From Phycisphaerales bacterium (GTDB lineage Bacteria > Planctomycetota > Phycisphaerae > Phycisphaerales > SM1A02), in contig JBIIJH010000001.1 in NCBI GenBank assembly GCA_044233905.1, positions 10,442-74,441 on the forward strand: 64,000 nucleotides of DNA. Direction: 5' to 3'. The notes below the pieces were generated by a model. The model did not search any database. It was not told the DNA's origin and saw only the letters and a program-made list of their open reading frames with translations. The position numbers and the translations under genes are program-made. Shown piece after piece: positions 27,795 to 37,349 of this stretch (position 1 is the first letter of the stretch; the number at the start of each line of letters is the position of its first letter).

Positions 27795-28883
27795 ATGACC
27801 ACCCTGCCTCACAGCATCTTTGACGACGGCTCACGGCTGCCCCGGACGAACTTCCGCCAGCGGCGCGAGGTCACGCCCACCGGCGGTGGGGTCGGCGCGA
27901 CCCGGCCCATCGCCGCGCCCGCGACGGTGGTGGAACCCAAGTCGGACCGAACCCGCCGCCGCGCGGAGGACGCCGCCTTGGTGACCGAGCTCCTCTCCGA
28001 CGAAATCGACTTCATGGACCATCCCGACTTCCACAAGGCGGGAGCGGAACGTCGCATCTACCAGGAGGCCCCGCCTGTGCCGCGGCCCACCGTCGGTTGG
28101 TACCGCCCCATGATGGACGACATCGGTACCACGTCGCCGCGCCGGCATGAAGGCATCGTCCTGACGGCCGCGCAGGAGCGCGTCATCTTCATGCAGTTCA
28201 ACTACGCGCGCTTCCGGATGCGGAAGATCCAGAAGGCGCTGCGCGGACGCGTGCCGAACGCCGAGGAGTCGAAGGACCTTCTGCGCTGGCACCGCACCGC
28301 CACGGGCTACCGCGAGCAGATCGCCGAGACCAACCTGGCGCTGGTGCTTGCCATGGCCAAGCGCGTGCGCCTGGGCGAAGGCGAATTCGCCGACCTCATC
28401 GGCGAGGGCAACATGGCCCTCATGCGCTCGGTCGACAAGTTCGACTGCGGCCGCGGCTTCAAGTTCAGCACCTACGCCTGCCGTTCGATCCTCAAGGCGT
28501 TCAGCCGCCACGGCCTGAAGCTGGCCAAGCACCGCCAGCGCTTCCCCGTCGAGTTCGACCCCGCGCTCGAGCAGGGCGAAGGAGTCGCCGCCATCCGCGC
28601 CGATTCCGAGCGTCAGGACGCCGCCGAGGTGCGGCAGATCGTCGAGACGAACCGAGCAGCGCTCAACGACGTGGAACGCGCCGTGGTCATGCACCGCTTC
28701 GCGCTCGCGGGATCGGACCACGGTCGCCAGCCGACGCTTGCGCAGGTCGGCAAGCTCATCGGGCTCACGAAGGAACGCGTGCGCCAGATCCAGAACCAGG
28801 CGCTCGAGAAGATCCGCGTCGCGCTCGAGGGCAATCCCCGCAACGGGGAGCACGGCCTCGATCACGCGATTGCCGTGAACTGA
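27795..28883 (+). CDS. sigma-70 family RNA polymerase sigma factor (alternative, group 3-like) with a roughly 130-aa unique N-terminal region
   Basis: Region 2 reads ETNLALVLAMAKR..DLIGEGNMALMRSVDKFDCGRGFKFSTYACRSILKAF. Region 4 reads TLAQVGKLIGLTKERVRQIQNQALEKIR. Start at 27795 (MTTLPH) is preferred over 27720, but this is uncertain. Confidence 0.8.
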   Translation: MTTLPHSIFDDGSRLPRTNFRQRREVTPTGGGVGATRPIAAPATVVEPKSDRTRRRAEDAALVTELLSDEIDFMDHPDFHKAGAERRIYQEAPPVPRPTVGWYRPMMDDIGTTSPRRHEGIVLTAAQERVIFMQFNYARFRMRKIQKALRGRVPNAEESKDLLRWHRTATGYREQIAETNLALVLAMAKRVRLGEGEFADLIGEGNMALMRSVDKFDCGRGFKFSTYACRSILKAFSRHGLKLAKHRQRFPVEFDPALEQGEGVAAIRADSERQDAAEVRQIVETNRAALNDVERAVVMHRFALAGSDHGRQPTLAQVGKLIGLTKERVRQIQNQALEKIRVALEGNPRNGEHGLDHAIAVN

Positions 28884-28939
28884 TCACCTGCCCGGGCGCT
28901 CGCCCTCGCTGCTTCCATCGGACGAACCGCCCCGATTCC

Positions 28940-30208
28940 TCAGGAGTTGACGCGCTTCGTGCCGCCGCGCGCCGCCATCGCGGCGATCGCCACCGTGGCC
29001 AGCGCATGCAGCGCTCCGAAGAGGACGATCACGGCGGTGTAATCCGCGTACGTCGGCTCATGGTCGCTGCCGAGCGCCCCCACCAGGATGATCGAGAGCA
29101 TCGTCCCGGCAAAGAAGCCCACGTCGCCCGCGGCGCGGAATGATCCGAGCGCCACGGTGGATCCGCCGGTCTCGGCGGCGATGGCAAGCGAGCTCGAGAA
29201 CAGCGCTCCGGCGGAGATCCCCACCGCGAACATCACCACCGCCATCGCGGCCTGGTTGGAAGCGGCGAACGGGATCGCCGCGAACGCCACCGCGTAGACC
29301 ACGCCTGCCAGCAATCGCACGCGAAGGCTTCCGAAACGGTCGCACAGCGCGCCGGCAGGTCCGGTGCACACGGCCATCAGGAGAAGCGGCAGGCCGATCA
29401 GCCAGCCGCGCTGCTGCTGCGAATACCCGAGGAATCCCGCGAGCACCAGCGGAAGCGTGGTGGTGATGAGACCGCCGGTGGCGCGGTCGAAGAAGGCCAT
29501 GGCGCAGCTCCACGCAAGCGGCCGCGGCCGATCGTCGAGCGGGCCGTGCGGCACCAGCTCCGCATGGGTCTCGCCGCTTGCGGCCAGCGGGCCGGAATCA
29601 GGCTCCACCACGGCGATGCCGCCGAGCGCCCGTCGGAACACCAACGAGCCGATCGCCACCAGGAGCCCGGCGAACGCCGAGACGCCGAACACCGCCAGCG
29701 CCACGTCCCCGCCGGCCGCGGCATCCGTGGCACCCTCGGAGACCCGGTGCGCGGCGATGCCTCCGGCCACGGCCCCGAACCCCAGGCCCAGGAGGAGTGG
29801 CGTCGAGGCTGCGCCGAGCCCGCGTGCCGCATGGGTGCCGGAATTGCGGCGCACCAGGTCGAAGAGCGACGCAAAGACCACCACGTCGGTGACGCCTTCC
29901 GCGGCGCGCACGGCCAACGAGGGCCACAGCCCGATGGGCGCGGCAAGCACCCCGAGAAGCGCGGCGTCGGCAAGCGATCCGGCCACCAGCAGCCAGATGG
30001 GCCCAACGCGCCGGCGCGCCCACACGAGGAGCGGAACCGCCGCCACCGCACCCAGCAGGTTGATGGCCATGAAGAACTGCGCCTGGCGCACCGTGGCGCC
30101 GTAGCGGTCCACGAACATCTCCTTCAGGACGGGCGCCGCCATCGTGTCAGGCATCGCCGACAGGAGGAGGAGAAGCGCAATCAGGAGGCGGGTCGACCAG
30201 CGGGTCAC
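28940..30208 (-). CDS. MFS transporter
   Basis: 422 aa with about 12 hydrophobic helices in a 6+6 arrangement around a central loop. Confidence 0.75.
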   Translation of the reverse strand: MTRWSTRLLIALLLLLSAMPDTMAAPVLKEMFVDRYGATVRQAQFFMAINLLGAVAAVPLLVWARRRVGPIWLLVAGSLADAALLGVLAAPIGLWPSLAVRAAEGVTDVVVFASLFDLVRRNSGTHAARGLGAASTPLLLGLGFGAVAGGIAAHRVSEGATDAAAGGDVALAVFGVSAFAGLLVAIGSLVFRRALGGIAVVEPDSGPLAASGETHAELVPHGPLDDRPRPLAWSCAMAFFDRATGGLITTTLPLVLAGFLGYSQQQRGWLIGLPLLLMAVCTGPAGALCDRFGSLRVRLLAGVVYAVAFAAIPFAASNQAAMAVVMFAVGISAGALFSSSLAIAAETGGSTVALGSFRAAGDVGFFAGTMLSIILVGALGSDHEPTYADYTAVIVLFGALHALATVAIAAMAARGGTKRVNS

Positions 30209-30279
30209 GGCTCGGCAAGCCTAGCCGGGGCTTCGATACACTTGCGCGCCCGCACGCAGGAAACGCAGGAGAAACCACC

Positions 30280-30978
30280 ATGAGCGCCACCAAGGTCTAC
30301 GAATCGCCCGCCCGCGCGCTCGCGGGCATCGTCACGGACGGCATGAGCGTCGCCGTCGGCGGGTTCGGCCTGTGCGGCATCCCGGAGCAGCTCATCGTGG
30401 CGCTCCGAGATTCCGGCGTCCGCGGGCTCACCTGCGTCTCCAACAATGCGGGCGTGGACGACTGGGGACTCGGGATCCTCCTGCAGACCCGGCAGATCGC
30501 CAAGATGGTGTCGAGCTACGTGGGCGAGAACGCCGAGTTCGAGCGGCAGTTCATGAGCGGTGAGCTGAAGCTCGAGTTCACCCCCCAAGGCACGTTGGCG
30601 GAGCGCATGCGCGCCGGCGGCGCGGGGATCGCCGGCTTCTACACCAAGACCGGCGTCGGCACCGTGGTGGCCGAGGGCAAGCCGCACATGGAGTTCGACG
30701 GCGAGCAGTTCGTCCTGGAGCGCGGCATCCGCACCGACCTGTCCCTGGTCAAGGCCTGGAAGGCGGACCCGGCAGGCAACCTCATCTACCGGAAGACTGC
30801 GCGGAACTTCAACCCGATGGCCGCCACCTGCGGCAAGGTGACCGTGGCGGAGGTGGAGGAACTGGTGGGACTGGGTGAACTCGACCCGGACCGCATCGAT
30901 ACCCCGGGGATCTTCGTGCAGCGCATCGTGGTGACCACGTCGGTCAAGCGGATCGAGCAGCGCACGGTGAGCGCCTGA
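30280..30978 (+). CDS. 3-oxoacid CoA-transferase subunit A (family I CoA-transferase alpha)
   Basis: 232 aa: ..[55 protein letters not shown].. No B-subunit gene is adjacent. Confidence 0.85.
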   Translation: MSATKVYESPARALAGIVTDGMSVAVGGFGLCGIPEQLIVALRDSGVRGLTCVSNNAGVDDWGLGILLQTRQIAKMVSSYVGENAEFERQFMSGELKLEFTPQGTLAERMRAGGAGIAGFYTKTGVGTVVAEGKPHMEFDGEQFVLERGIRTDLSLVKAWKADPAGNLIYRKTARNFNPMAATCGKVTVAEVEELVGLGELDPDRIDTPGIFVQRIVVTTSVKRIEQRTVSA

Positions 30979-31171
30979 GCCCCCAAGCACAGCCGACAAA
31001 CCGCGTCCGCGTACGGTTATTGGTCGTACGGCACAGAACACACTCGACTCCTCCTCACAGAGCGTCGATCCATTGGCATATCGCGCCGTATGGCGCGTTG
31101 GGCCGATCGATCCAACGGCCTGCCGCGTGAGAGAATGCGGCCTCGCCACACCTTCCCGGAGAAGAACCACG

Positions 31172-32632
31172 ATGCTCGGAACGCTCAACGCAACGCTCGC
31201 CATGCTCGCACCGCGCGTACGCACCCTCATCGCCACGGTTGCCGTGGTCACCGCCATCGCGACGGCCGCACCGGCACATGCGCAGTTCGGCGGACGCGCC
31301 GGCTTCGCCGAGGCGTTCGTCCCGGACATCCTGCAGCGCGACCTGCCGCTGATGACCTCGTCGCTCGGGCTCGAGGAGTGGCAGCGCCCCGTGGTGGAGG
31401 CCCTTCTCCAGGACTACATGACCGGGTTCAACACCGGCGTCGAGGCCATGAAGGACCGCATGAAGGCAGCGTCGCAGGACGCGCAGCGCGGCGACCCGAC
31501 CAACGCCGACGCGATCCTCGAGAAGGTGATGAAGCCGATGAACTCCTGGCGCGACGAGAAGCGCCAGATGCTCGACAAGTTCATGTCGGACCTGAAGAGC
31601 CAGCTCAGCCCGCAGCAGATGGAGCGCTGGCCGACCTTCGAGCGCGCGCTGCGCCGCGAGCGCATGCTCCATGACGGAGACCTCTCGGGCGAGAGCACCG
31701 ACCTGTTCGCCATCATGGCGCGCATGCAGCTCGACCCCGCGCACGAGGAGGCCGCACGACCCACCGTGGCGGTGTACGAGGTGGCGCTCGACGAAGCCCT
31801 GGTCAACCGGGATCGAGGGATGCGCGCGATCGAGCCGGAGCTCGCTGACGCAATGCGCGCGATGAACCACGAGAAGGGCGCCGATGCCCAGGACCGCATC
31901 ATGGTGCTCCGCGTGGCCGTCCGTTCCGCCAACGACGTCGGCATCGAATCGATCGCGAAGGCGCTCGGCGATCGCGGCGATGAATTCCGCATGCTCGCGC
32001 TCGAGGCGGGCTACCGGGACGTGTACCGCCCGCATCCGGTGACCATCCTCATGCAGCAGGCCCGCGCGCTCGATTCGCTCACGCCCGAGCAGGGACAGCA
32101 GATCGACGCACTGATGTCGGAGTTCGCCGGCGTGTGCAACCAGCAGAACATGCAGCTCTACGAGGCCGTGCGCGCCGAGGAGCCGAAGGCACCGCGCAAG
32201 CGCGCGGAGGCTTCTGCGCAGCGCCGTTCCGGCGGTGCGGCGCCCTCCATGCCGCAGGCTTCGAACGCATCGGACCCCGTGGTCAAGGCCCGCGTCGAGC
32301 GCGAGCGCGCGGGTGAGCCGTTCCGCGATCGCCTGATGGCCATCCTCACCCCGGAGCAGCAGGCCGAGCTCCCCGGCGGAATGAAGGTGGATCCGGCCAA
32401 CCAGCCCGTCGGCAAGGACGGTGCGCCGTCGCCGAAGCGGATGCAGATCGACTCCGTGCTGTCCGCGGCGGACACCGACGGCGTTGCGTCGGACCGCCAG
32501 TCCAAGCGCCGCGACCCGCGCGCCGCGATGGGCGGCACCAAGGGCGCCGGCGCAGGATCGAAGGAAGAGCCCGCTCCCGAGGGCAAGGACAGCAAGGCAC
32601 AGCCCGCACCCGCGCCGACCACCCCGGAATGA
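31172..32632 (+). CDS. secreted helical protein with three L(S/T)PxQ (LTXXQ, Spy/CpxP-like) motifs
   Basis: Signal peptide MLGTLNATLAMLAPRVRTLIATVAVVTAIATAAPAHA. Motifs QLSPQQMERW, SLTPEQGQQI and ILTPEQQAEL. Low-complexity C-terminus. It ends 52 nt upstream of gspE on the same strand. Confidence 0.6.
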   Translation: MLGTLNATLAMLAPRVRTLIATVAVVTAIATAAPAHAQFGGRAGFAEAFVPDILQRDLPLMTSSLGLEEWQRPVVEALLQDYMTGFNTGVEAMKDRMKAASQDAQRGDPTNADAILEKVMKPMNSWRDEKRQMLDKFMSDLKSQLSPQQMERWPTFERALRRERMLHDGDLSGESTDLFAIMARMQLDPAHEEAARPTVAVYEVALDEALVNRDRGMRAIEPELADAMRAMNHEKGADAQDRIMVLRVAVRSANDVGIESIAKALGDRGDEFRMLALEAGYRDVYRPHPVTILMQQARALDSLTPEQGQQIDALMSEFAGVCNQQNMQLYEAVRAEEPKAPRKRAEASAQRRSGGAAPSMPQASNASDPVVKARVERERAGEPFRDRLMAILTPEQQAELPGGMKVDPANQPVGKDGAPSPKRMQIDSVLSAADTDGVASDRQSKRRDPRAAMGGTKGAGAGSKEEPAPEGKDSKAQPAPAPTTPE

Positions 32633-32684
32633 CGGAGACCCCGCGCCGCCCCATGTGCGCCGCGCGCCACTGAAGCAGCACACG

Positions 32685-34322
32685 ATGGACCACGACCTGC
32701 ACAGCACCCCTGTCCCCGCCGACGGCTTCGATGCCGCGGCGTTCGCATCCATCGCCGGCGATGCGTCGCTCCGTGACAGGTGCAGGCTGTTCGGCATCGC
32801 ATGGGCGGACGCCCTGCCGGAGTCGAGCGTTGAGGCCGCGGCCCGGCTGGCGCCCGACGCCGCGGTGCGCCTGCGCGTGGTGCCGCTGCGCGAGGAGCGC
32901 GGACGGCTGGTGGTGGCCATGCTGGATCCGCTCGACATCGCCGCGGTCGACGAGACCGCGTCGCTCGCCCGGATGCCGGTGACGCGCATCGGCCTCGACC
33001 AAGCGCTCTTCAGCGAACTGATGCGCGACATGTACGGCACCACGGCCGCGCGCATGGCGGAGAGCCTCGCAGAGGACAGCGAGGTTGGCGGCGGCGACGT
33101 CGAGCACAACCTCGACGCCATCGAGGCGGACGACGTCCACCGGATGGCCGAGCAGCCCACGCTCATCAACCTGGTGAACCTGGTCATCCTCGAGGCAATC
33201 CAGAACCGCACCTCGGACATCCACATCGAGCCGTTCGAGACCGAGCTCAAGGTCAAGTACCGCATCGACGGCGTGCTCATCGAGCAGCCCTCGCCGCCGA
33301 AGCACCTGCAGCCGGCGCTGATCGGTCGCGTCAAGATCATGGCGCACATGAACATCGCCGAGCGCTACGTGCCGCAGGACGGGCACATCACGCTGCGCTT
33401 CGAGGGGCGCAAGGTGGACATCCGCGTCAGCACCGTGCCCACCGTCTACGGCGAGAGCGTGGTCATGCGAATCCTCGACAAGAGCTCGCTGCCGCTGGAC
33501 CTGGTGAGCCTCGGCATGCGCGAGCAGATGCGCGGCATGATGGACAAGATGATCCAGAAGCCGCACGGCATGGTGCTCGTGACCGGTCCCACGGGAAGCG
33601 GCAAGACCACCACGCTCTACGCGTGCCTCAACAAGCTCTACGACCCGCGCAAGAAGATCATCACCATCGAGGATCCCGTCGAGTACGAGCTCAGCGGCAT
33701 CAACCAGATCCCGGTGAACCCCAAGCGCGGACTCACCTTCGCCACCGGCCTGCGCGCCATCCTGCGACAGGACCCCGACGTCATCTTCGTGGGCGAGGTG
33801 CGCGACAATGAGACGGTGGACATCGCCATCCGCTCGGCGCTCACGGGCCACCTGCTGTTCACGACGCTCCACACCAACGACTCGATCTCCTCGGTCGGCC
33901 GCCTCGTCGACATGGGCGCCGAGCCGTTCCTCATCGCCAGCGTGCTCGAAGGGCTGCTCGCGCAGCGACTCGGGCGCCGCCTCTGCAAGGAGTGCGTGAC
34001 CCGCATCCCGATGACCGAGGAGATGGCTGCGCGCATCACGCCTGAGGAGCGCCTGCTCTTCAAGGACGGCGCCGCCATCGGCAAGGGCTGCGAGAAGTGC
34101 AACGGCTCCGGCTTCCGCGGCCGAATGGGCTTCTACGAGCTGGCACGCATCAACGCGCGCCTGCGCGAGGGCATCAGCAAGAATCGCACCACGCTCGAAC
34201 TCCGCGAGATGGTCGATCAGGACTTCCAGTCGATGCGCGACGACGGCATGCACAAGGCCGCGGCCGGCCTCACCACCATCGACGAGGTGCTCCGCGCCAC
34301 CCAGGACATCGACGACGCCTGA
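32685..34322 (+). CDS. gspE: type II secretion / type IV pilus assembly ATPase (GspE/PilB family)
   Basis: T2SSE N-domain pattern (VVPLREERGRLVVAMLDPLD), Walker A GPTGSGKTT, Asp and His boxes, and the tetracysteine motif CKEC..CEKC. Confidence 0.9.
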   Translation: MDHDLHSTPVPADGFDAAAFASIAGDASLRDRCRLFGIAWADALPESSVEAAARLAPDAAVRLRVVPLREERGRLVVAMLDPLDIAAVDETASLARMPVTRIGLDQALFSELMRDMYGTTAARMAESLAEDSEVGGGDVEHNLDAIEADDVHRMAEQPTLINLVNLVILEAIQNRTSDIHIEPFETELKVKYRIDGVLIEQPSPPKHLQPALIGRVKIMAHMNIAERYVPQDGHITLRFEGRKVDIRVSTVPTVYGESVVMRILDKSSLPLDLVSLGMREQMRGMMDKMIQKPHGMVLVTGPTGSGKTTTLYACLNKLYDPRKKIITIEDPVEYELSGINQIPVNPKRGLTFATGLRAILRQDPDVIFVGEVRDNETVDIAIRSALTGHLLFTTLHTNDSISSVGRLVDMGAEPFLIASVLEGLLAQRLGRRLCKECVTRIPMTEEMAARITPEERLLFKDGAAIGKGCEKCNGSGFRGRMGFYELARINARLREGISKNRTTLELREMVDQDFQSMRDDGMHKAAAGLTTIDEVLRATQDIDDA

Positions 34323-34340
34323 TCGGCGCGCCCTCCACCC

Positions 34341-35660
34341 ATGCCTTCCTTCCGACACCAGTCCATGGACCGCGGCGGCGCGCTCGCCACCGGCACCATC
34401 GCCGCGCCCGACCGCGCGTCCGCGATGCGCCTCCTGCAGGGGCAGGGATTGCTGCCGATGCAGCTCGACATGGCGGAGGCCGAGGCGCCGGCGAAGGCGG
34501 CGGCCAAGGCGGCGCCGAAGTCCGCGCCGCGCGGGCAGGAGCCCGCGGAGACGCGCTCGGGCGGCATCGACCTCGGTGCGCTCGCGCGTGCATTCACGGG
34601 CAACACCACCGGCCGGCCGCAGCTCAAGCGCACCGAGCTCGCGAACATCATCCGCGAGCTTGCCACCGCCATCGAGGCCGGCCTGCCGCTCCTCAATGCG
34701 CTCAAGACCGTGCGACGCCAGGCCGCAGGCAAGGCGCAGCCCGTGATCCTCGACTTCATCATCGAGCGCGTCGAGAGCGGCCGACCGCTGCACGAGGCCA
34801 TGGACGAGTACGGCCCGCCCTTCGACGAGATGATCGTCGGCATGGTGCGCGCGTCCGATGCCTCGGGCCGCATGAGCGAGGTGATGCACCAGCTCGCCGA
34901 CCTGCTCGAACGCTCCGTGGAACTGCGCCGCGAGATGGTGGGCGCCACCATCTACCCGCTCATCGTGGCGTGCATGATCGGCGTGAGCATCATCATCGCG
35001 GTCACCTTCCTGCTGCCGCGCCTGATGGCGCCGATCCTGGGCCAGCCGGGAGTCACCATCCCCTTCCCCACCATGGTGCTGCTCGGCTTCGCCGACTTCA
35101 TGCGCGACTGGTGGTGGCTGGTGCTGCTGGCCGCCGTCGGCGCGGTCATCGGCTTCCGACGCTGGATCGCGGTGTATTCCAACCGCCGCAAGCTGGACCT
35201 CGTGCTGCTGAAGTCGCCCATCATCGGGCCCCTGCTCCGCGACGTGGCCGTGGCGCGCTTCACGCGCACGCTGGGCACGCTGGTCTCGGCGGGCCTGCCG
35301 ATCCTGTCCGCGCTCAAGATCGTCCGCGACACCCTCGGCAACGTGGTGCTGATGGAGGCCATCGACGGCGTCCAGGAGAAGGTCACCACCGGCCAGTCCC
35401 TGGCGGAGCCCCTCGAGAAGTGCGGGTTCTTCCCGCCGCTCCTGGTGCAGATCGTGAACATCGGCGAGAAGTCCGGGCGCCTGGAACCCATGCTGATCCA
35501 CGCCGCCGGCGCCTTCGACCGGCAGGTGAACACCTCGCTGAAGCTGTTCACCAAGCTCCTGCCCCCGGTGCTCCTGGTGTTCATGGCCCTGATCGCCTCG
35601 TTCGTGCTGGCGGCCATCCTGCTGCCGCTCCTCGAGATGCAGAAGTCGCTGGGCGGGTGA
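34341..35660 (+). CDS. gspF: type II secretion system platform protein GspF/PilC family
   Basis: 439 aa with duplicated T2SSF domains (..LATAIEAGLPLLNALK.. and ..LGTLVSAGLPILSALK..) and 3 TM helices. Confidence 0.9.
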   Translation: MPSFRHQSMDRGGALATGTIAAPDRASAMRLLQGQGLLPMQLDMAEAEAPAKAAAKAAPKSAPRGQEPAETRSGGIDLGALARAFTGNTTGRPQLKRTELANIIRELATAIEAGLPLLNALKTVRRQAAGKAQPVILDFIIERVESGRPLHEAMDEYGPPFDEMIVGMVRASDASGRMSEVMHQLADLLERSVELRREMVGATIYPLIVACMIGVSIIIAVTFLLPRLMAPILGQPGVTIPFPTMVLLGFADFMRDWWWLVLLAAVGAVIGFRRWIAVYSNRRKLDLVLLKSPIIGPLLRDVAVARFTRTLGTLVSAGLPILSALKIVRDTLGNVVLMEAIDGVQEKVTTGQSLAEPLEKCGFFPPLLVQIVNIGEKSGRLEPMLIHAAGAFDRQVNTSLKLFTKLLPPVLLVFMALIASFVLAAILLPLLEMQKSLGG

Positions 35661-35807
35661 AGATTCCGGCCCCTTCCTGACAGGTTATTGGTCACTATTC
35701 GGAATTGCCGTGATGGCCGATGTCACATGGCCCGTACTGGTGCGTTCAGTCGTAGAACACCGATCTTCCGAATCCGCCCCCTCCCCTTTCCGAAACCCGT
35801 GGAAACC

Positions 35808-36242
35808 ATGCGAATCGACCGCCTCCGCCGCTCCGCCCGCCGATCCCGCCGCGCCTTCTCGCTCGTCGAGCTGATCGTCGCGGTGACCATCATGGCCATC
35901 CTCGCCGCGCTGGTGGTGCCGCGCGTCTCGCAGTGGATCGGCTTCACCAAGTCCAAGACCGCGCGTGCCGATGCCGAGACCATCTCCAACCAGGTCCGCA
36001 TGTACATGACCGCCAAGGGCCTGAGCGTGCTCCCCGATGACTTCAGCCTGGTGGAACTCACCGAGGGCGACACCGCGCTGCTCAACAAGAACCAGCTCAC
36101 CGACCCCTGGGGCAACCAGTACCAGATCAAGACCCGCGGCGAGGTGAACCTCGACTTCGACGTCTACAGCTACGGCGCCGACGGACAGTCCGGCGGCGAG
36201 GGCGAGTCCGCAGACATCATCGCCGGCGACAAGCGCAACTGA
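35808..36242 (+). CDS. gspG: major pseudopilin GspG
   Basis: Prepilin leader ..RRAFSLVELIVAVTIMAILAALVVP (Ala at -1) and the GspG C-terminal signature DPWGNQYQ..DVYSYGADGQSGGEG. Confidence 0.85.
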   Translation: MRIDRLRRSARRSRRAFSLVELIVAVTIMAILAALVVPRVSQWIGFTKSKTARADAETISNQVRMYMTAKGLSVLPDDFSLVELTEGDTALLNKNQLTDPWGNQYQIKTRGEVNLDFDVYSYGADGQSGGEGESADIIAGDKRN

Positions 36243-36267
36243 CGCACGCCGCGCGCGTGCGCTTCCC

Positions 36268-36888
36268 ATGACTTCCGCACGCGCACATCACCTTCACATG
36301 CCACGCGCGTTGCGCGGCGGGCGACGCCCGCTGCGGGGGGGCTTCACGCTCATCGAGCTGATCGTGGTGATCGTGGTCCTGGCCATCGCTTCGGTCGCCA
36401 TCGTCCCCAAGTTCACGGGCACCGCACGCCAGGAAGCCGACAACGCGGTGGACCAGGTGGCGGAGATCATGCGGCTCTTCGCCTACCGGCAGTCGCTTGG
36501 ATCGCAGCAGGTCGCCATCTGGCGCGACGGCGCCGACGGCCGCATCTACCTGCTCGTGAAGGACGGGAACCCCGAGGATCCCACCGCTCCCGCGGAATGG
36601 CGCACGGACCGCTTTGCGGCGCCGGTCAGCCTGCCGCAGGGCGTGGAGATCGAGGACGTGCGAAACAACGACCAGCGCGTCGACCCCTCGGAATGGACGA
36701 TCACCAGCACGCCCGGCGGCGAGCGGCCGAAGATCGAGGTGCGGCTGGTGGGACTGGGCATCGACTCCACCGTGGTGCTGCCGACCGGATCGCCGAGCGT
36801 GGTGCGCGTGGATGCGGACAAGCCGGCACCGTTCGCGCGGGCGCCCATCGACCTGGACCGGTCGGGACGGGACCGCGAGCCATGGTGA
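36268..36888 (+). CDS. minor pseudopilin (GspH-like)
   Basis: Prepilin motif RGGFTLIELIVVIVVLAIASVAIVP. Assignment is by position after gspG. The alternative start is at 36298. Confidence 0.6.
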   Translation: MTSARAHHLHMPRALRGGRRPLRGGFTLIELIVVIVVLAIASVAIVPKFTGTARQEADNAVDQVAEIMRLFAYRQSLGSQQVAIWRDGADGRIYLLVKDGNPEDPTAPAEWRTDRFAAPVSLPQGVEIEDVRNNDQRVDPSEWTITSTPGGERPKIEVRLVGLGIDSTVVLPTGSPSVVRVDADKPAPFARAPIDLDRSGRDREPW

Positions 36889-37349
36889 TCGCGCGGACAC
36901 GAAGCCTGCGACGCGGCTGGGCGCTCATCGACGTGATCGTCGGCGGCGTGATCCTCGGCATCGGCATGGCGGCGGTGATCTCGATCGCGGAACGGTCGCT
37001 CGCCATGCAGCAGCGCTCCGAGCGCGAGCTGGTGGCCGCGCAGCTCCTCGACGGCCTGCTCAACGAGGTGCTCTCCACCGGCGTCATCGAGTGGCAGCTG
37101 GGACGCGCCACCGACGGCACGTTCGACGCGCCGTTCGAGGAATTTAAGTGGGAGCTGGACATCCGCAAGCAGGGCCTGGGCGACCCGTACGAGGTGACCG
37201 CGATCGCCCGCGACATCCGCGGCACGGAGTACCGCGTCGACACGCTGATGGCGCCGCGCCCGGAGAACACCGAGGAACCCACCCGAGCACCGACCACCCC
37301 CATCGACAGGCAGGCACGCTATGACGCGCAGACCCAACCGCAGCAGTGA
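36882..37349 (+). CDS. minor pseudopilin (GspI-like, degenerate leader)
   Basis: RRGWALIDVIVGGVILGIGMAAVISIAE is a degenerate G-(F/W)-x-L-I-(E/D) motif. The start overlaps the upstream stop (ATGGTGA). Small size (155 aa) fits GspI. Confidence 0.5.
   Translation: MVIARTRSLRRGWALIDVIVGGVILGIGMAAVISIAERSLAMQQRSERELVAAQLLDGLLNEVLSTGVIEWQLGRATDGTFDAPFEEFKWELDIRKQGLGDPYEVTAIARDIRGTEYRVDTLMAPRPENTEEPTRAPTTPIDRQARYDAQTQPQQ

Noticed and set aside
35683-35710. Sigma-54 (-24/-12) promoter reading of TTGGTCACTATTCGGAATTGCC upstream of gspG.
   Set aside because: The GG-to-GC spacing is 16 nt rather than the canonical 11 nt, and the -24 element is TGGTCAC rather than TGGCAC. I keep it only as an unexplained motif.
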